This document shows positions 37,026 to 46,856 of a stretch of DNA of 64,000 nucleotides, piece by piece. Source of the DNA: a virus (lineage: Duplodnaviria; Caudoviricetes); the IMG/VR virus record IMGVR_UViG_2917070673_000003; one strand, written 5' to 3'. The notes beneath the pieces were generated by a model. The model searched no databases, was not told where the DNA came from, and was given only the letters and a program-made list of their open reading frames with translations. The position numbers and the translations under genes are program-made. Each line of letters begins with the position of its first letter. Position 1 is the first letter of the stretch.

Positions 37026-37541
37026 TCAAACCGTACGTTTACTTTCTTGGATATCTTGGAGTGCAACCCATGCCAGGTAGAAGACACCAGCGCGGCCGCA
37101 GAACAATCCGACCGTAAAGCCTGATGCGGCACCAGCAAGGACGAGCATTTCCATAGTCGCCGAGAATTCTGGATGAACGGCTGCTTGGTAACCGATGAAG
37201 TATTTCACGGCAAAAAAGAGAAGTGAGATTCCAAGGACTTTCCATGTCCCGGGCACGATCAGATGCTTGCCCTCCTCGTCTAAGGTGAGTCCGCGTCGAG
37301 GAAATAGCGCAAATGCGGTCAAGACACCTAAAAACACTCCTGCCAACCAACAGCTCACTGTCAGCTCAACGCGATCCGCGTAGCTGAGAGAAAAGAGTGA
37401 CCAGATCACCAGAATAACCGGTGTGATGATTAGGGATCGTTGGCTTTCCCGACTGGTTTTGCACGCACTAATTCCGTAGTAGCAGACCAGGAGAAATACG
37501 CCATAAACCCAGAGTGGCGTGCCTTCCAGAGCATCGAGCAT
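37026..37541 (-). CDS. Antisense multi-pass membrane protein
   Basis: GTPLWVY start, about 5 TM segments, IVPGTW. Confidence 0.7.
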   Translation of the reverse strand: MLDALEGTPLWVYGVFLLVCYYGISACKTSRESQRSLIITPVILVIWSLFSLSYADRVELTVSCWLAGVFLGVLTAFALFPRRGLTLDEEGKHLIVPGTWKVLGISLLFFAVKYFIGYQAAVHPEFSATMEMLVLAGAASGFTVGLFCGRAGVFYLAWVALQDIQESKRTV

Positions 37542-37816
37542 TGTTCAGCGTCCGTGCCGTAATTTCGAGATTGGATGCTGGCACAGCCTCGGGAGTGTTG
37601 CCACTTTTTTCAGACACGGCGCATCGCGCCGAATTAGGTAGCCCCCCCTAAGTACGTCGACAACTTGATGCTGCAAACCCGGTCTGTCGCCAGCAGCGAG
37701 ACCGGGCCATTTCCCCGATACCACCCGCATGCACTCCCCTCCGCGCCCATCGGCAACCAGCGGAGCGGATGAGTGCAGCCGAGTTTTGTTGGATCAACCA
37801 AACACTGGAGGTCGCC

Positions 37817-38095
37817 ATGCATCACTGTACCGATACCCAAGCAGTCTGCCGTGGCTGCGGGCTGAAGCTTCGCGGCTCGCCATCGTGGAAAGGTGGCCTC
37901 GCCTATCACCCTGAGCCTAAAGGCGAGATCCACCAATGCCACTACGGCGGCTGGGTCTGCTCGCGACGCTGTGATATCCGCGCCTGCGTCGAGCTGGAAG
38001 GAACGATGCCAGGCTGCGGTGGCGTGAACGGCTATGAGCGGCTGTCCACCTACGCAAAAGAGAGCATTGATCGCCACTGGCCGGAGGCAGCATGA
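37817..38095 (+). CDS. Hypothetical Cys-rich early protein
   Basis: GGAGG RBS; CRGCG, CHYGGWVCSRRC. Confidence 0.65.
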   Translation: MHHCTDTQAVCRGCGLKLRGSPSWKGGLAYHPEPKGEIHQCHYGGWVCSRRCDIRACVELEGTMPGCGGVNGYERLSTYAKESIDRHWPEAA

Positions 38096-38514
38096 ACACT
38101 GCAATGCAGATATGCCAGACCCGGTATGACGCCATGCTGCCTCCAGAGTCGGTTGATACCGAGGAGGCTGAGCGGATCTGGGTCGACAACGCGGCCTGTG
38201 ACCTGCTGGACGGGCAAGACGTAATGTTCCAGCGCCGCATGCGCAGTACTCAGGGCGTAACGCATGACCAATTCGCGCAGGCTGTCGATGAATACGTGAT
38301 GGATCATCTCTGCGAGCCCGGAATGGGCGCCACAGTGATCGGTCGTTTGATCTTGGCTGCGCACCGTAGAGACGTGTCAGAAGCCCGCAGCGCCGCATTT
38401 GAGGCGCTGGATAGCCAAGACCCTGACGAAACCCTGCGCGATATTGCACGCACCCTCCTTCGCCCTCTTGCTGCTGATGGCCTGATTGCCCAGGCCGAGG
38501 ACAATGAGCTGTGA
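38092..38514 (+). CDS. Hypothetical early protein
   Basis: ATGA-coupled; Q..YDAMLPP family. Confidence 0.65.
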   Translation: MNTAMQICQTRYDAMLPPESVDTEEAERIWVDNAACDLLDGQDVMFQRRMRSTQGVTHDQFAQAVDEYVMDHLCEPGMGATVIGRLILAAHRRDVSEARSAAFEALDSQDPDETLRDIARTLLRPLAADGLIAQAEDNEL

Positions 38515-38702
38515 GCCCTCACATTCTCATCGACCAAGCCCTCGAAGGCGTTGCCGATCCCAGCAGCCAGCCCGACATCGATGTCCTGGTGCAGGGCCTG
38601 ATCACCCGCTTCTTCACCGACGGGGCAATCACTACCGACGAATTCACCCACTACTGCAAGCGCCTGATGGAAGCCTGTCACCGGCGCAAGGAGGCAGAAT
38701 GA
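38511..38702 (+). CDS. Hypothetical early protein
   Basis: GTGA-coupled 63 aa. Confidence 0.6.
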   Translation: MSPHILIDQALEGVADPSSQPDIDVLVQGLITRFFTDGAITTDEFTHYCKRLMEACHRRKEAE

Positions 38703-38899
38703 CCACTTCCCCAGTCAAGTCGCTCATCGAGGAGCAGCTGGAAGACATCACCGCCCACAACCTGCGCGATGCCTACAGCCTGGCCGAGCGCCGGGGCTTC
38801 TACGGGCCGCCAGTTGAGCAGTACGCGGAACCTGGTTACCGCGGCCGGGTGCTGCAAGTTCTGCGCTATCGCGTGGCTCAATTGGAGCGGCGGCAATGA
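38699..38899 (+). CDS. Hypothetical early protein
   Basis: MTTSPVKSLIEEQL, GGAGG RBS, coupled. Confidence 0.6.
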   Translation: MTTSPVKSLIEEQLEDITAHNLRDAYSLAERRGFYGPPVEQYAEPGYRGRVLQVLRYRVAQLERRQ

Positions 38900-39072
38900 G
38901 CGGCTCCGGCGCGCACAAGCGCGGCCAGCAGTTGGCGATCCGCTGCGCGAAACTCCGTCGCGAAGGTCTGTCTCTCTCCGAGGTCGCCCAGGCCACCGGC
39001 ATCAAGAAGGAGCAGGCCAACGCCAAGATCACCTTAGGCGAGCGCCTGTTATCACTGGAGGAGTCGCCATGA
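38896..39072 (+). CDS. Small HTH-like early protein (not in ORF track)
   Basis: Manual translation MSGSGAHKRGQQLAIRCAKLRREGLSLSEVAQATGIKKEQANAKITLGERLLSLEESP. Confidence 0.6.
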   Translation: MSGSGAHKRGQQLAIRCAKLRREGLSLSEVAQATGIKKEQANAKITLGERLLSLEESP

Positions 39073-39180
39073 TCTCCGTTATCGCAATCGCCTGGTTTAC
39101 CTACGTCTATCTCAGATAGATCTCCACAGCCCCCTCACCGAATTTCACAGCGCCTTTCAAGCATGGCGCGGGAGACACTC

Positions 39181-39909
39181 ATGTCCACGAATATGCGGAT
39201 CTGGGAACAGGTCGATAAGACCGACACCCGCTACACGAAGCCTGCCGAGGTCGGTGGCCAGAAGATTACCAGCCTCAGCGGTACGGCAATGATCATGAAG
39301 GCCACCGAGATTTTTGGTCCGGCCGGGATCGGTTTTGGTTGGAGTGTTCTGGAGGAGCGCTTCGACAAGGGCGCCGAGATGATCAGCGGCGAAGGCGACA
39401 AGCGCGTCAGCCTTGGCCACGAGCTGAACCACACGGTGAAGATCAAGTTCTGGTTCGATGTTGATGGCAAGCGCGGCGAGTTGGAGCAGTACGGCTGTAC
39501 GCGCTACCTCTACAAGTCAAAGTACGGCACGACCACTGACGGCGAGGCGCCGAAAAAGTCGCTCACCGACGCGATCAAGAAATCACTCTCGATGCTCGGT
39601 TTCAGCGCCGACGTGTTCTTGGGGATGTTCGACGATGAGGACTACGTCAAACAGCTCAAGGACGAAGAAAAAATCGAGCAAGCCGAGGACAAGCAGGCAG
39701 AGCTGGAGCGCCAGAAGCAGGAGCGCCTGGATTACCTCAAATCGGTGATCGAAACCATGGGTGGCGCTCAGTCGGCCCAGGAGCTGAAAAAAATCCACGA
39801 CGTTGCCGTCCGCAAACTCACCACACGAAAAGACACCAAGGGCGCCGAGCGCATTTCGCTGGAATGGAAGCGCCTTACAGATGCCGCAGCCAAGGAGGAA
39901 GCAGCATGA
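39181..39909 (+). CDS. Rad52/Sak-like single-strand annealing protein
   Basis: KATEIFGPAGIGFGW, EAPKKSLTDAIKKSLSMLGFSADVFLG. Confidence 0.8.
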   Translation: MSTNMRIWEQVDKTDTRYTKPAEVGGQKITSLSGTAMIMKATEIFGPAGIGFGWSVLEERFDKGAEMISGEGDKRVSLGHELNHTVKIKFWFDVDGKRGELEQYGCTRYLYKSKYGTTTDGEAPKKSLTDAIKKSLSMLGFSADVFLGMFDDEDYVKQLKDEEKIEQAEDKQAELERQKQERLDYLKSVIETMGGAQSAQELKKIHDVAVRKLTTRKDTKGAERISLEWKRLTDAAAKEEAA

Positions 39910-40469
39910 CTCAGCTCTACGCTTTGACCGGTCAGATGGCCGAGCTCGTGGCCCTGGCGGATACCGACGACGAAGGATTGCGCCAGGCCATTCAGGACAC
40001 CATGGATGGCATCCAGGGCGAATTCGAAGTGAAGGCCGAGAACGTCGTCATGTTGTGCCGCAACATCCAGGGCGACATCGATGCCATCAACAAGGAGGTC
40101 GATCGTCTGAATGAGCTGAAACGCGTCAGAGAGAGCACAGTCGGCAAGCTCGATGAGTATCTGCGCAGCAACATGGAGGCCGCCGACATCAAGTCGATCA
40201 AGCGCCCCCTGTTCACCATCACCCTGGCTCTGGCGCCGGAGAAGGTGATCGTCGACAAGGAAGATGACATCCCGTACGACTTCCTCGCCACGAAGACCGT
40301 GTTCTCGCCAGACAAGCGCGCCATCGCCGCCAAGCTTAAGGAAATCCGCGAGCATAACGCTGCGGTACGCAAGCGCATGGATGCCGGCGAAGACTGCGAG
40401 CACGAGCTGATTTCGGAACCATCCTGGGCCCACCTGGAGCGCGGCGAAAGCTCGATCCGGATCAAGTGA
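39906..40469 (+). CDS. Siphovirus Gp157 family protein
   Basis: LYALTG, EFEVKAENV, LRSNME..KSIKRPLFTI, SSIRIK. Confidence 0.88.
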   Translation: MTQLYALTGQMAELVALADTDDEGLRQAIQDTMDGIQGEFEVKAENVVMLCRNIQGDIDAINKEVDRLNELKRVRESTVGKLDEYLRSNMEAADIKSIKRPLFTITLALAPEKVIVDKEDDIPYDFLATKTVFSPDKRAIAAKLKEIREHNAAVRKRMDAGEDCEHELISEPSWAHLERGESSIRIK

Positions 40470-40476
40470 GGTAACC

Positions 40477-40995
40477 ATGACCAACAACTACATCCTGGTC
40501 CGCTCCGAGCGCCAGGCAGAACTGGAGGCAGCTAAGGCTGCCTTCTTCATGTCAGGCAACAAGGTCCAGGTGCTGGAGTCTTTCAGGTTCCAGCCCCGCC
40601 GGCCACGCAAGGACCTGAACAGCCCGCATGGCAAACGCGTCACCCGCCCGCAACCCAAGCGCACCTACGAAGACCACTTCGTCCAGCGCAAGGCCTACGT
40701 CGACACGATCCGAGAGCTCGCCAAGACCATGACCATCGACCAGGCCATGGCCGCCACTGGGAAGTCGGAATCTGCCATGCGCCGGGCCTCCCACGAAGGC
40801 GGGTTCACGTTCAAGAGCAAGGTCGTTGATAGGGAGCGGGATTTGAAGCTCATCGAGCGCCTGTCGGCTCTTCGGGACGCTGGAGTATCACGCATCGCGG
40901 CCTGCAGGAAGGTTGGGATCTCTGACACCCTGCTGAACCGCCTGGTACTCGACTACGACTTCAACTTCCCGAAGCGCTGGGAGAAGCGAGCTTGA
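40477..40995 (+). CDS. Hypothetical early protein
   Basis: LEAAKAAFFMSGNKVQVL family; GAGG RBS. Confidence 0.65.
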   Translation: MTNNYILVRSERQAELEAAKAAFFMSGNKVQVLESFRFQPRRPRKDLNSPHGKRVTRPQPKRTYEDHFVQRKAYVDTIRELAKTMTIDQAMAATGKSESAMRRASHEGGFTFKSKVVDRERDLKLIERLSALRDAGVSRIAACRKVGISDTLLNRLVLDYDFNFPKRWEKRA

Positions 40996-41076
40996 GGCGC
41001 TTCAGCAACCGCCCGCAACAGCGCAAACGTCAAACCTGGTCGACGATACCGGCCAGCGGCATCGAAGAGGTAGGTC

Positions 41077-41400
41077 ATGGCCAAGACTGGAAAAGAGCGA
41101 TCTGCGAAAAACGCCGCGAAGCGGATCGAGTACGACGAGAAGGAGTTGCGGCACCGGCTACGGCTGGGCACCCGGCAGAAGCTTGAAGAGCTGATGGCCT
41201 GGAACGATATCGAAGAGATCAGCGAAGCAATCCAGAACCTGATCCTCAACGCTCACGCCCTGGGCCCGACTCTTTCCTACCAGGCAATCGAAAGTCCGCG
41301 CCACAAAGTAACGGTAAGTGAAAACGTGGCGCGGATGTTTCGTAATAAGAGCCTGGCAGAATTGAAGCGGGATCCAGGAGATGAAGTTATTCACCCATAG
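41077..41400 (+). CDS. Hypothetical early protein
   Basis: MAKT..ERSAK..ELRHRLRLGTRQKLEELM family. Confidence 0.65.
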   Translation: MAKTGKERSAKNAAKRIEYDEKELRHRLRLGTRQKLEELMAWNDIEEISEAIQNLILNAHALGPTLSYQAIESPRHKVTVSENVARMFRNKSLAELKRDPGDEVIHP

Positions 41401-41406
41401 CCAGAT

Positions 41407-42468
41407 TTACTCTTTTACAGACCTTTCTTTGAAGTCGTCTGTAGGATTCACAATCATCGCCTGCCGAAGATGAAGAGCGTTTTCTGCGTTCTCAAACGTC
41501 ATTTCCCGGCTTTTCGGATCGGCCCAAACTTGCACCAGACGATCACTTCGAAAAGCTTCTAGTGAAAGTGGATGTTTGGCAAAAGGATTATGGTATACAC
41601 GAAGCCCATCTGTCACGGTTTCGCCTATTTCGCCGCCTTTAGTGACAATCCGTTTTATGCCGTCCGGAGTTTCCCAGTGAGTAGCTACCACAGATAATGG
41701 ATTCCCGGATAACGCTTCGACTTTGCCCCACGTAGCTGTACTGCTAAACACAACCGCGCTTACATGACTGAATCTATCACAATCGAAAAAACCCAATTCA
41801 ATCTCAGAGCCATTATCCTTTTTTATACTTCCTAAACTACGACCCTCTGGCCCGTTCGGGAATTGCTCCGGGTTAGCAAGGTATTCGTCTTCATCAACAT
41901 AATAATCGAAAAGAAGAGCTTCGATTGCGCGAAAAACCTGGAGATTAAACCAAGGTTGTTCAAACGGAGCTATAGCAATTACAAAAGGTTTATCTCTCAC
42001 ATGCTCTAATTTAGAATATTTTTCAAGATAATGACTTGATTTATTCATAAAAGCATTTGCCAAACGAATAATCGACACTCGATTTAGCTCATTGAATTTT
42101 ATTTCTCCCGGCTGAGGCGGCGTGAGGGATTTACTCCACTCCGGAACTCCATCCTGAGCTGCATTTGCAGTTGTGGCTTCTATCAAAAATTCAATGCCTT
42201 TGATCGAAACGACAAAGTCTGGAGCGTGATAATTCCAGTCAAACGTAGCACTCAATTCACGAAGCGCTGCGTGCAAATATATCTCCCAAAAGCTTGAGTT
42301 AAATGTGGTTTGAAACTCTTTTACAAATTTCCCGTCCCTATCGGGAAAGCCTTCAACCCAATTTTCTACAATTTTTCGACAATACACATTACTGGGTAAG
42401 TTCTGACTAATCCGCCGAAAATGTTGATGAAGTCGATCCTCACTCACCTGCGGGCTGAATAAATCCAC
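41407..42468 (-). CDS. Antisense AT-rich putative PD-(D/E)xK nuclease
   Basis: KFVKEFQTTFNSSFWEIYL, APDFVV..IEATTA; AAGGAG RBS before GTG. Confidence 0.7.
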   Translation of the reverse strand: MDLFSPQVSEDRLHQHFRRISQNLPSNVYCRKIVENWVEGFPDRDGKFVKEFQTTFNSSFWEIYLHAALRELSATFDWNYHAPDFVVSIKGIEFLIEATTANAAQDGVPEWSKSLTPPQPGEIKFNELNRVSIIRLANAFMNKSSHYLEKYSKLEHVRDKPFVIAIAPFEQPWFNLQVFRAIEALLFDYYVDEDEYLANPEQFPNGPEGRSLGSIKKDNGSEIELGFFDCDRFSHVSAVVFSSTATWGKVEALSGNPLSVVATHWETPDGIKRIVTKGGEIGETVTDGLRVYHNPFAKHPLSLEAFRSDRLVQVWADPKSREMTFENAENALHLRQAMIVNPTDDFKERSVKE

Positions 42469-42864
42469 AGTACGTCTCCTTTTTCCGGCTCCATGCCGGT
42501 CACCCGTAATACCCCATATCAACGCTTGCTGCCAGTAGAGAGATTAGGCGCACCGGCGGGTCATTTCCTCGATCCACCTTCGAAGTTGCCAGGCAAAAAT
42601 GGCCAGCCGCCCTTTCGCTTTTTGCCTGACTTCTCCAGGGACTCGGCGACTCTCTCGCGCTCAAGCTTCTCGTAGAGCTTGGCTCGATACTCGACAGGGG
42701 TTGCCTCAAGTAACTCTGCAAGCTCCTTGAATGGGTGTTTTCGTCGATGTCGCTCTGCACGGGTCGGCCTATCCTTTTTCGACATCCTGCATCTCCTTTT
42801 CGCCGTATACGCAATTCAAACCTATCTCACTTAAACGAATCACGCCAGCCGGCGAGGATCCCCT

Positions 42865-44934
42865 ATGTCCGCACAACAGAAGAAACACCCTTTCGATTTC
42901 AAAACCCAATACGGACTCGGCTTCAACCCTCAGGACGATGAGATCGTTGTCGACTTCTTCTGCGGTGGCGGCGGTGCCGGCACCGGTCTGGAGATGGGCC
43001 TGGGCCGCACGGTGAATGTGGCGAAGAACCATAGCCCTCAGGCAATCAGCATGCACACCGTAAATCACCCGGGCGCCAAGCACTTCACAACCGACGTGTT
43101 TGAGGGTGATCCGGATACCGAATGCGGCGGCAAGGCCGTCGGCTGGTTTCACATGTCCCCGGACTGCACGCACCACAGCCAGGCAGCCGGCGGCCAGCCA
43201 CGCAAGCGCGAGATCCGCAATCTGTCGTGGATCGGTCTTAAGTGGGCAGGCATGAAGCGTCCCCGGGTAATCAGCCTGGAGAACGTGAAGCAGATCCTGC
43301 AGTGGGGCCGGCTGATCGCCAAGCGCGACAAAGCCACGGGCCGTGTGGTGAAACTCGGCGGTGACGTGGCAGCACCCGGTGAAGTTGTGCCGGTGGGCCA
43401 GCAGTTCCTGGTCCCCGACCCGAAGCAGCGTGGCCGCACCTGGCGCCGCTTCGTTGCCTTGCTGGAAGGCATGGGCTATGTCGTTGAGTGGAAGGTCATC
43501 AAGGCCTGCGACTTCGGCGCGCCGACCAGCCGAGAACGCCTGTTCATGATCGCCCGCTGCGACGGTCAGCCCATCGTGTGGCCAGAGCCAACCCATGCCA
43601 AGAACCCGGCCAAGGGCCAGAAGAGGTGGCGCACCGCCGCCGAGTGCATTGACTGGACGATCCCAAGCAAAAGCATCTTCGACCGCGCCAAGCCGCTGGC
43701 ACCCGCCACCCTGCGCCGAATCGCGAAGGGCATGAAGAAGTTCGTCATTGATGCGGCTGACCCGTTCATTGTGCCGATCGCGAACTGGTCGGGGGGAAGC
43801 GTGCAATCAGCCCATGATCCGCTACGGACCGTGACGTCCTGGCCCCGTGGCGGATCGTTCGCCATGGCGAGCCCTATCATCGCCCCAGCCACGCACCAGG
43901 GCAGCGACCGGATCAACGACCCGTCCGCCCCGCTACCGACTGTGACCTGCGCAAATCGCGGCGAGCTGACGTTGATCAGTCCGGTGATGGTCACTGCTGC
44001 GCATGGCGAAGGGAAGCCTGGCGGTGTTCAACGCTGGGGCAACGGCAGCAAGTTTGCCGGTGCCCCGCTGGGGACGGTGACAGCCAGCGGCGGGCATTCA
44101 GTTGCAGCCGCTCACCTGGTGAAGTTCCGGTTCTCGGATGAAGGCAAGGCGCTCGATGAACCGCTACCAACCATCACCAGCGGCGGCAACTACCAGCGGC
44201 CAGCAGGTGCCGCACACGCAATGGGTATCTCCACGGTATTCATGGCCCAGATGAATGGCGGCTTCAACACCACGGACGCCAAGAGCATCGAGGACCCGAT
44301 GACCACGGTGACAAACACCGGCAGTCAGCAGCAGCTGGTGACCGCAAACCTGGTGCACCTGCGCGGTAACTGCGATGCGCGGGATGCTGGTGATCCCCTG
44401 CACACGATCAGCGCCGGGGGCACTCACCACGGGCTGGTCACCGCCTTCATGGAGCGCCAGTTCGGCGCCAGCGTCGGCCAAGGCGTGGACGAGCCAGCAC
44501 CAACCATAACAGCCGGCGGTGGCGGCAAGAGCTCGCTGGTCGAGCTGCAGCTCTCACCTGAAGTTGAAGCAGGCGCCCTGCGGGTCGCGGCATTCCTGAT
44601 CAGCTACTACGGCACCGAGAACGTGAGCGGCGCCAACGAGCCGGCACCCACAGTCACCACCAAGGATCGCCTGGGCTTGGTCACCGTCACGATCAAGGGC
44701 ACGCCCTATGTGATCGTCGATATCTGCCTGCGAATGCTGCAACCGGCCGAGCTTTACAAGGCTCAGGGCTTCCCCGACGACTACATCATCAGCCACGGCA
44801 CAGACGGCAAGCCATTCACTAAGACCCAGCAGGTGCACATGTGCGGCAACAGCGTCAGCCCGCCGCCGATGGCTGCGCTGGCCAGGGCCAACGACCCATG
44901 GAGAATGACAGAGCGACAAGCAAAGGCCGCTTGA
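42865..44934 (+). CDS. C5 DNA cytosine methyltransferase with large repeat insertion
   Basis: DFFCGGGG, SPDC, ENV, R.R, Q.F, GNSV motifs. Confidence 0.92.
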   Translation: MSAQQKKHPFDFKTQYGLGFNPQDDEIVVDFFCGGGGAGTGLEMGLGRTVNVAKNHSPQAISMHTVNHPGAKHFTTDVFEGDPDTECGGKAVGWFHMSPDCTHHSQAAGGQPRKREIRNLSWIGLKWAGMKRPRVISLENVKQILQWGRLIAKRDKATGRVVKLGGDVAAPGEVVPVGQQFLVPDPKQRGRTWRRFVALLEGMGYVVEWKVIKACDFGAPTSRERLFMIARCDGQPIVWPEPTHAKNPAKGQKRWRTAAECIDWTIPSKSIFDRAKPLAPATLRRIAKGMKKFVIDAADPFIVPIANWSGGSVQSAHDPLRTVTSWPRGGSFAMASPIIAPATHQGSDRINDPSAPLPTVTCANRGELTLISPVMVTAAHGEGKPGGVQRWGNGSKFAGAPLGTVTASGGHSVAAAHLVKFRFSDEGKALDEPLPTITSGGNYQRPAGAAHAMGISTVFMAQMNGGFNTTDAKSIEDPMTTVTNTGSQQQLVTANLVHLRGNCDARDAGDPLHTISAGGTHHGLVTAFMERQFGASVGQGVDEPAPTITAGGGGKSSLVELQLSPEVEAGALRVAAFLISYYGTENVSGANEPAPTVTTKDRLGLVTVTIKGTPYVIVDICLRMLQPAELYKAQGFPDDYIISHGTDGKPFTKTQQVHMCGNSVSPPPMAALARANDPWRMTERQAKAA

Positions 44935-45033
44935 AGCAAGCCAAACCCCGATAGGAGTACATTTGTACTCCTCCCGCAAAAAACCTCACCCTCCCCCTTC
45001 AAGTCAGCTGCTATAGCGGCCAAGGACGAAGTC

Positions 45034-45459
45034 ATGCCTGAAGAAAAGATTGTGTTCATCAACGGCGCTCCGGCGAAGTGCGGCTGCAAAATGAATTTCA
45101 GCTCCGGCGGTGGCGAATATTCCGACGTGCTCTACGTGATGCCCTGCGCGACGCACAGCCCCAATCGCTTCGGCCCCGTGGAGGTCCAGCGCGACAAGGA
45201 TGGCTGGTGGTATCACCCAAATATTCCGAGCTTTGGCGAAGGCGAAGACCCGGCGCCCTACATCGCCTGGGTCAAGGAACAAGGGCTGGAGCTGAAAGGC
45301 TGGCACTCTGGCGACGAAGCCTACGACCTTCCAGATGAAGATGCTGCATGCACCGCCTGGAATCCCGAATCGCCAGGACCAGAGTGGTTCCTCATGGGTA
45401 TCTTCGATACCGAGGATGGTCCCTATGTGCAGTGGGCGCGCCGGAGGGTGCAGCAATGA
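45034..45459 (+). CDS. Hypothetical protein
   Basis: AAGGAC RBS; VQRDKDGWWYHP, GIFDTEDGP. Confidence 0.65.
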   Translation: MPEEKIVFINGAPAKCGCKMNFSSGGGEYSDVLYVMPCATHSPNRFGPVEVQRDKDGWWYHPNIPSFGEGEDPAPYIAWVKEQGLELKGWHSGDEAYDLPDEDAACTAWNPESPGPEWFLMGIFDTEDGPYVQWARRRVQQ

Positions 45460-45511
45460 TCCTCCCCGCCCTGCTCTACCTCGCATGGAACATCTACACG
45501 GGGCCAAGGCC

Positions 45512-45901
45512 ATGACGCAAATGATCGAAGTGAAGACCGCGGAACTGATCGGGCCCGCGCTGGATTGGGCAGTTGCTCAAATCGAAGGGGTAAAGACCAT
45601 CATGATGGCGCCGCGCAAAGGCGAACCGAAGAAGCCTTTCGCACTGTTCGGGTCGTTGGCCCTTAGCATCGGTGGTGAAGACCAATCGAGCTATGCCCCG
45701 TCCACCTGCTGGCATTGTGGAGGACCGCTGATAGCCGCGCATCGTTTAAGCGTCATCTACTCGGATGAAACCTGCGACCCATGCGCATGGACCGATAGCA
45801 CTGCCCCATGGCATGGCAGTACTCCACTGATCGCCGCCTGCCGCGCCATCATAGCCGCCAAACTGGGCGAAGTGGTCAGCGTGCCAGCTGAACTGGCCTG
45901 A
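45512..45901 (+). CDS. DUF2591/NinX-like protein
   Basis: ELIGPALDWAVA, YAPSTCW..GGPLI, GSTPLIAACRAIIAAKLG. Confidence 0.8.
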   Translation: MTQMIEVKTAELIGPALDWAVAQIEGVKTIMMAPRKGEPKKPFALFGSLALSIGGEDQSSYAPSTCWHCGGPLIAAHRLSVIYSDETCDPCAWTDSTAPWHGSTPLIAACRAIIAAKLGEVVSVPAELA

Positions 45902-46045
45902 AGAGTCCGCCCGGCCCGGCATAAGCCGGCCGCTGCAGCAGCCTGACAACGAACCGGGCGAACGCTGCAAACCATAGCCACGCGCAACGCCGGCGGCGAT
46001 AAGACAAACCCGAAACCAACCATCACGCCATCCGGCGAGGTATCC

Positions 46046-46798
46046 ATGAAACTCAATGAACACGTTGAGGCCTTGGTGGCCTCCGGCGCGCTTTTCGTCG
46101 CCAATCATTCGGGCGGCAAGGACTCACAGGCCCAACTGATCAAGCTGCTGGAGGTGATACCCACCAGGCAGCTGATCGTCGCCCATGCCTGCCTGGGTGA
46201 CATGGAGTGGCCCGGCGCGCTTGAGCTGGCGCGCGACCAAGCGGAAGCAGCCGACCTCCCCTTCATCGTAGCCAAGGCCAAAAAGACCCTACTGGAAATG
46301 GTCGAACGCCGTTTCGAGAGCCGGCCCGAGGTGCCGAGCTGGCCGTCCGCATCCACCAGGCAATGTACCAGCGACCTCAAGCGGGGCCCCATCCAACGCG
46401 AAGTGCGCCGGTATGCCAAGGCCAACGGATACAAGGTGGTGGTCAACTGCCTGGGCCTGCGCGCCGAAGAATCCCCGGGGCGGGCCAAGCGCAAAGAGTT
46501 CAGCCAGATGAGCATCAGTAATTCGGTGCTGACCTGGTACGAGTGGCTGGTGGTGCACGACATGAAGAGCGAAGAGGTGTTCAGCACCATTGCAGCTGCC
46601 GGCCAAACGCCCCACTACGCCTACGCCGAGGGCAACGACCGGCTCAGCTGCGTGTACTGCATGTTCGGTAGCAAGGGTGACCTGCGCAATGGTCGCCGGC
46701 ATCACCCTGGCCTGCTTGCCCAGTACAACGCCATGGAAAAGAAGACCGGCTACACGATGCACATGAGCCGAATCCCACTGATCGAGCTCTCGGCCTAA
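46046..46798 (+). CDS. PAPS-reductase family (PP-loop) protein
   Basis: SGGKDS, RQCTSDLK, GLRAEES..RA, RLSCVYC. Confidence 0.88.
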   Translation: MKLNEHVEALVASGALFVANHSGGKDSQAQLIKLLEVIPTRQLIVAHACLGDMEWPGALELARDQAEAADLPFIVAKAKKTLLEMVERRFESRPEVPSWPSASTRQCTSDLKRGPIQREVRRYAKANGYKVVVNCLGLRAEESPGRAKRKEFSQMSISNSVLTWYEWLVVHDMKSEEVFSTIAAAGQTPHYAYAEGNDRLSCVYCMFGSKGDLRNGRRHHPGLLAQYNAMEKKTGYTMHMSRIPLIELSA

Positions 46799-46856
46799 AA
46801 TACCCCACTCAACAATCGGAGCCTGCCGGCGATGGCGGGCGCGGATAACTATTGCC

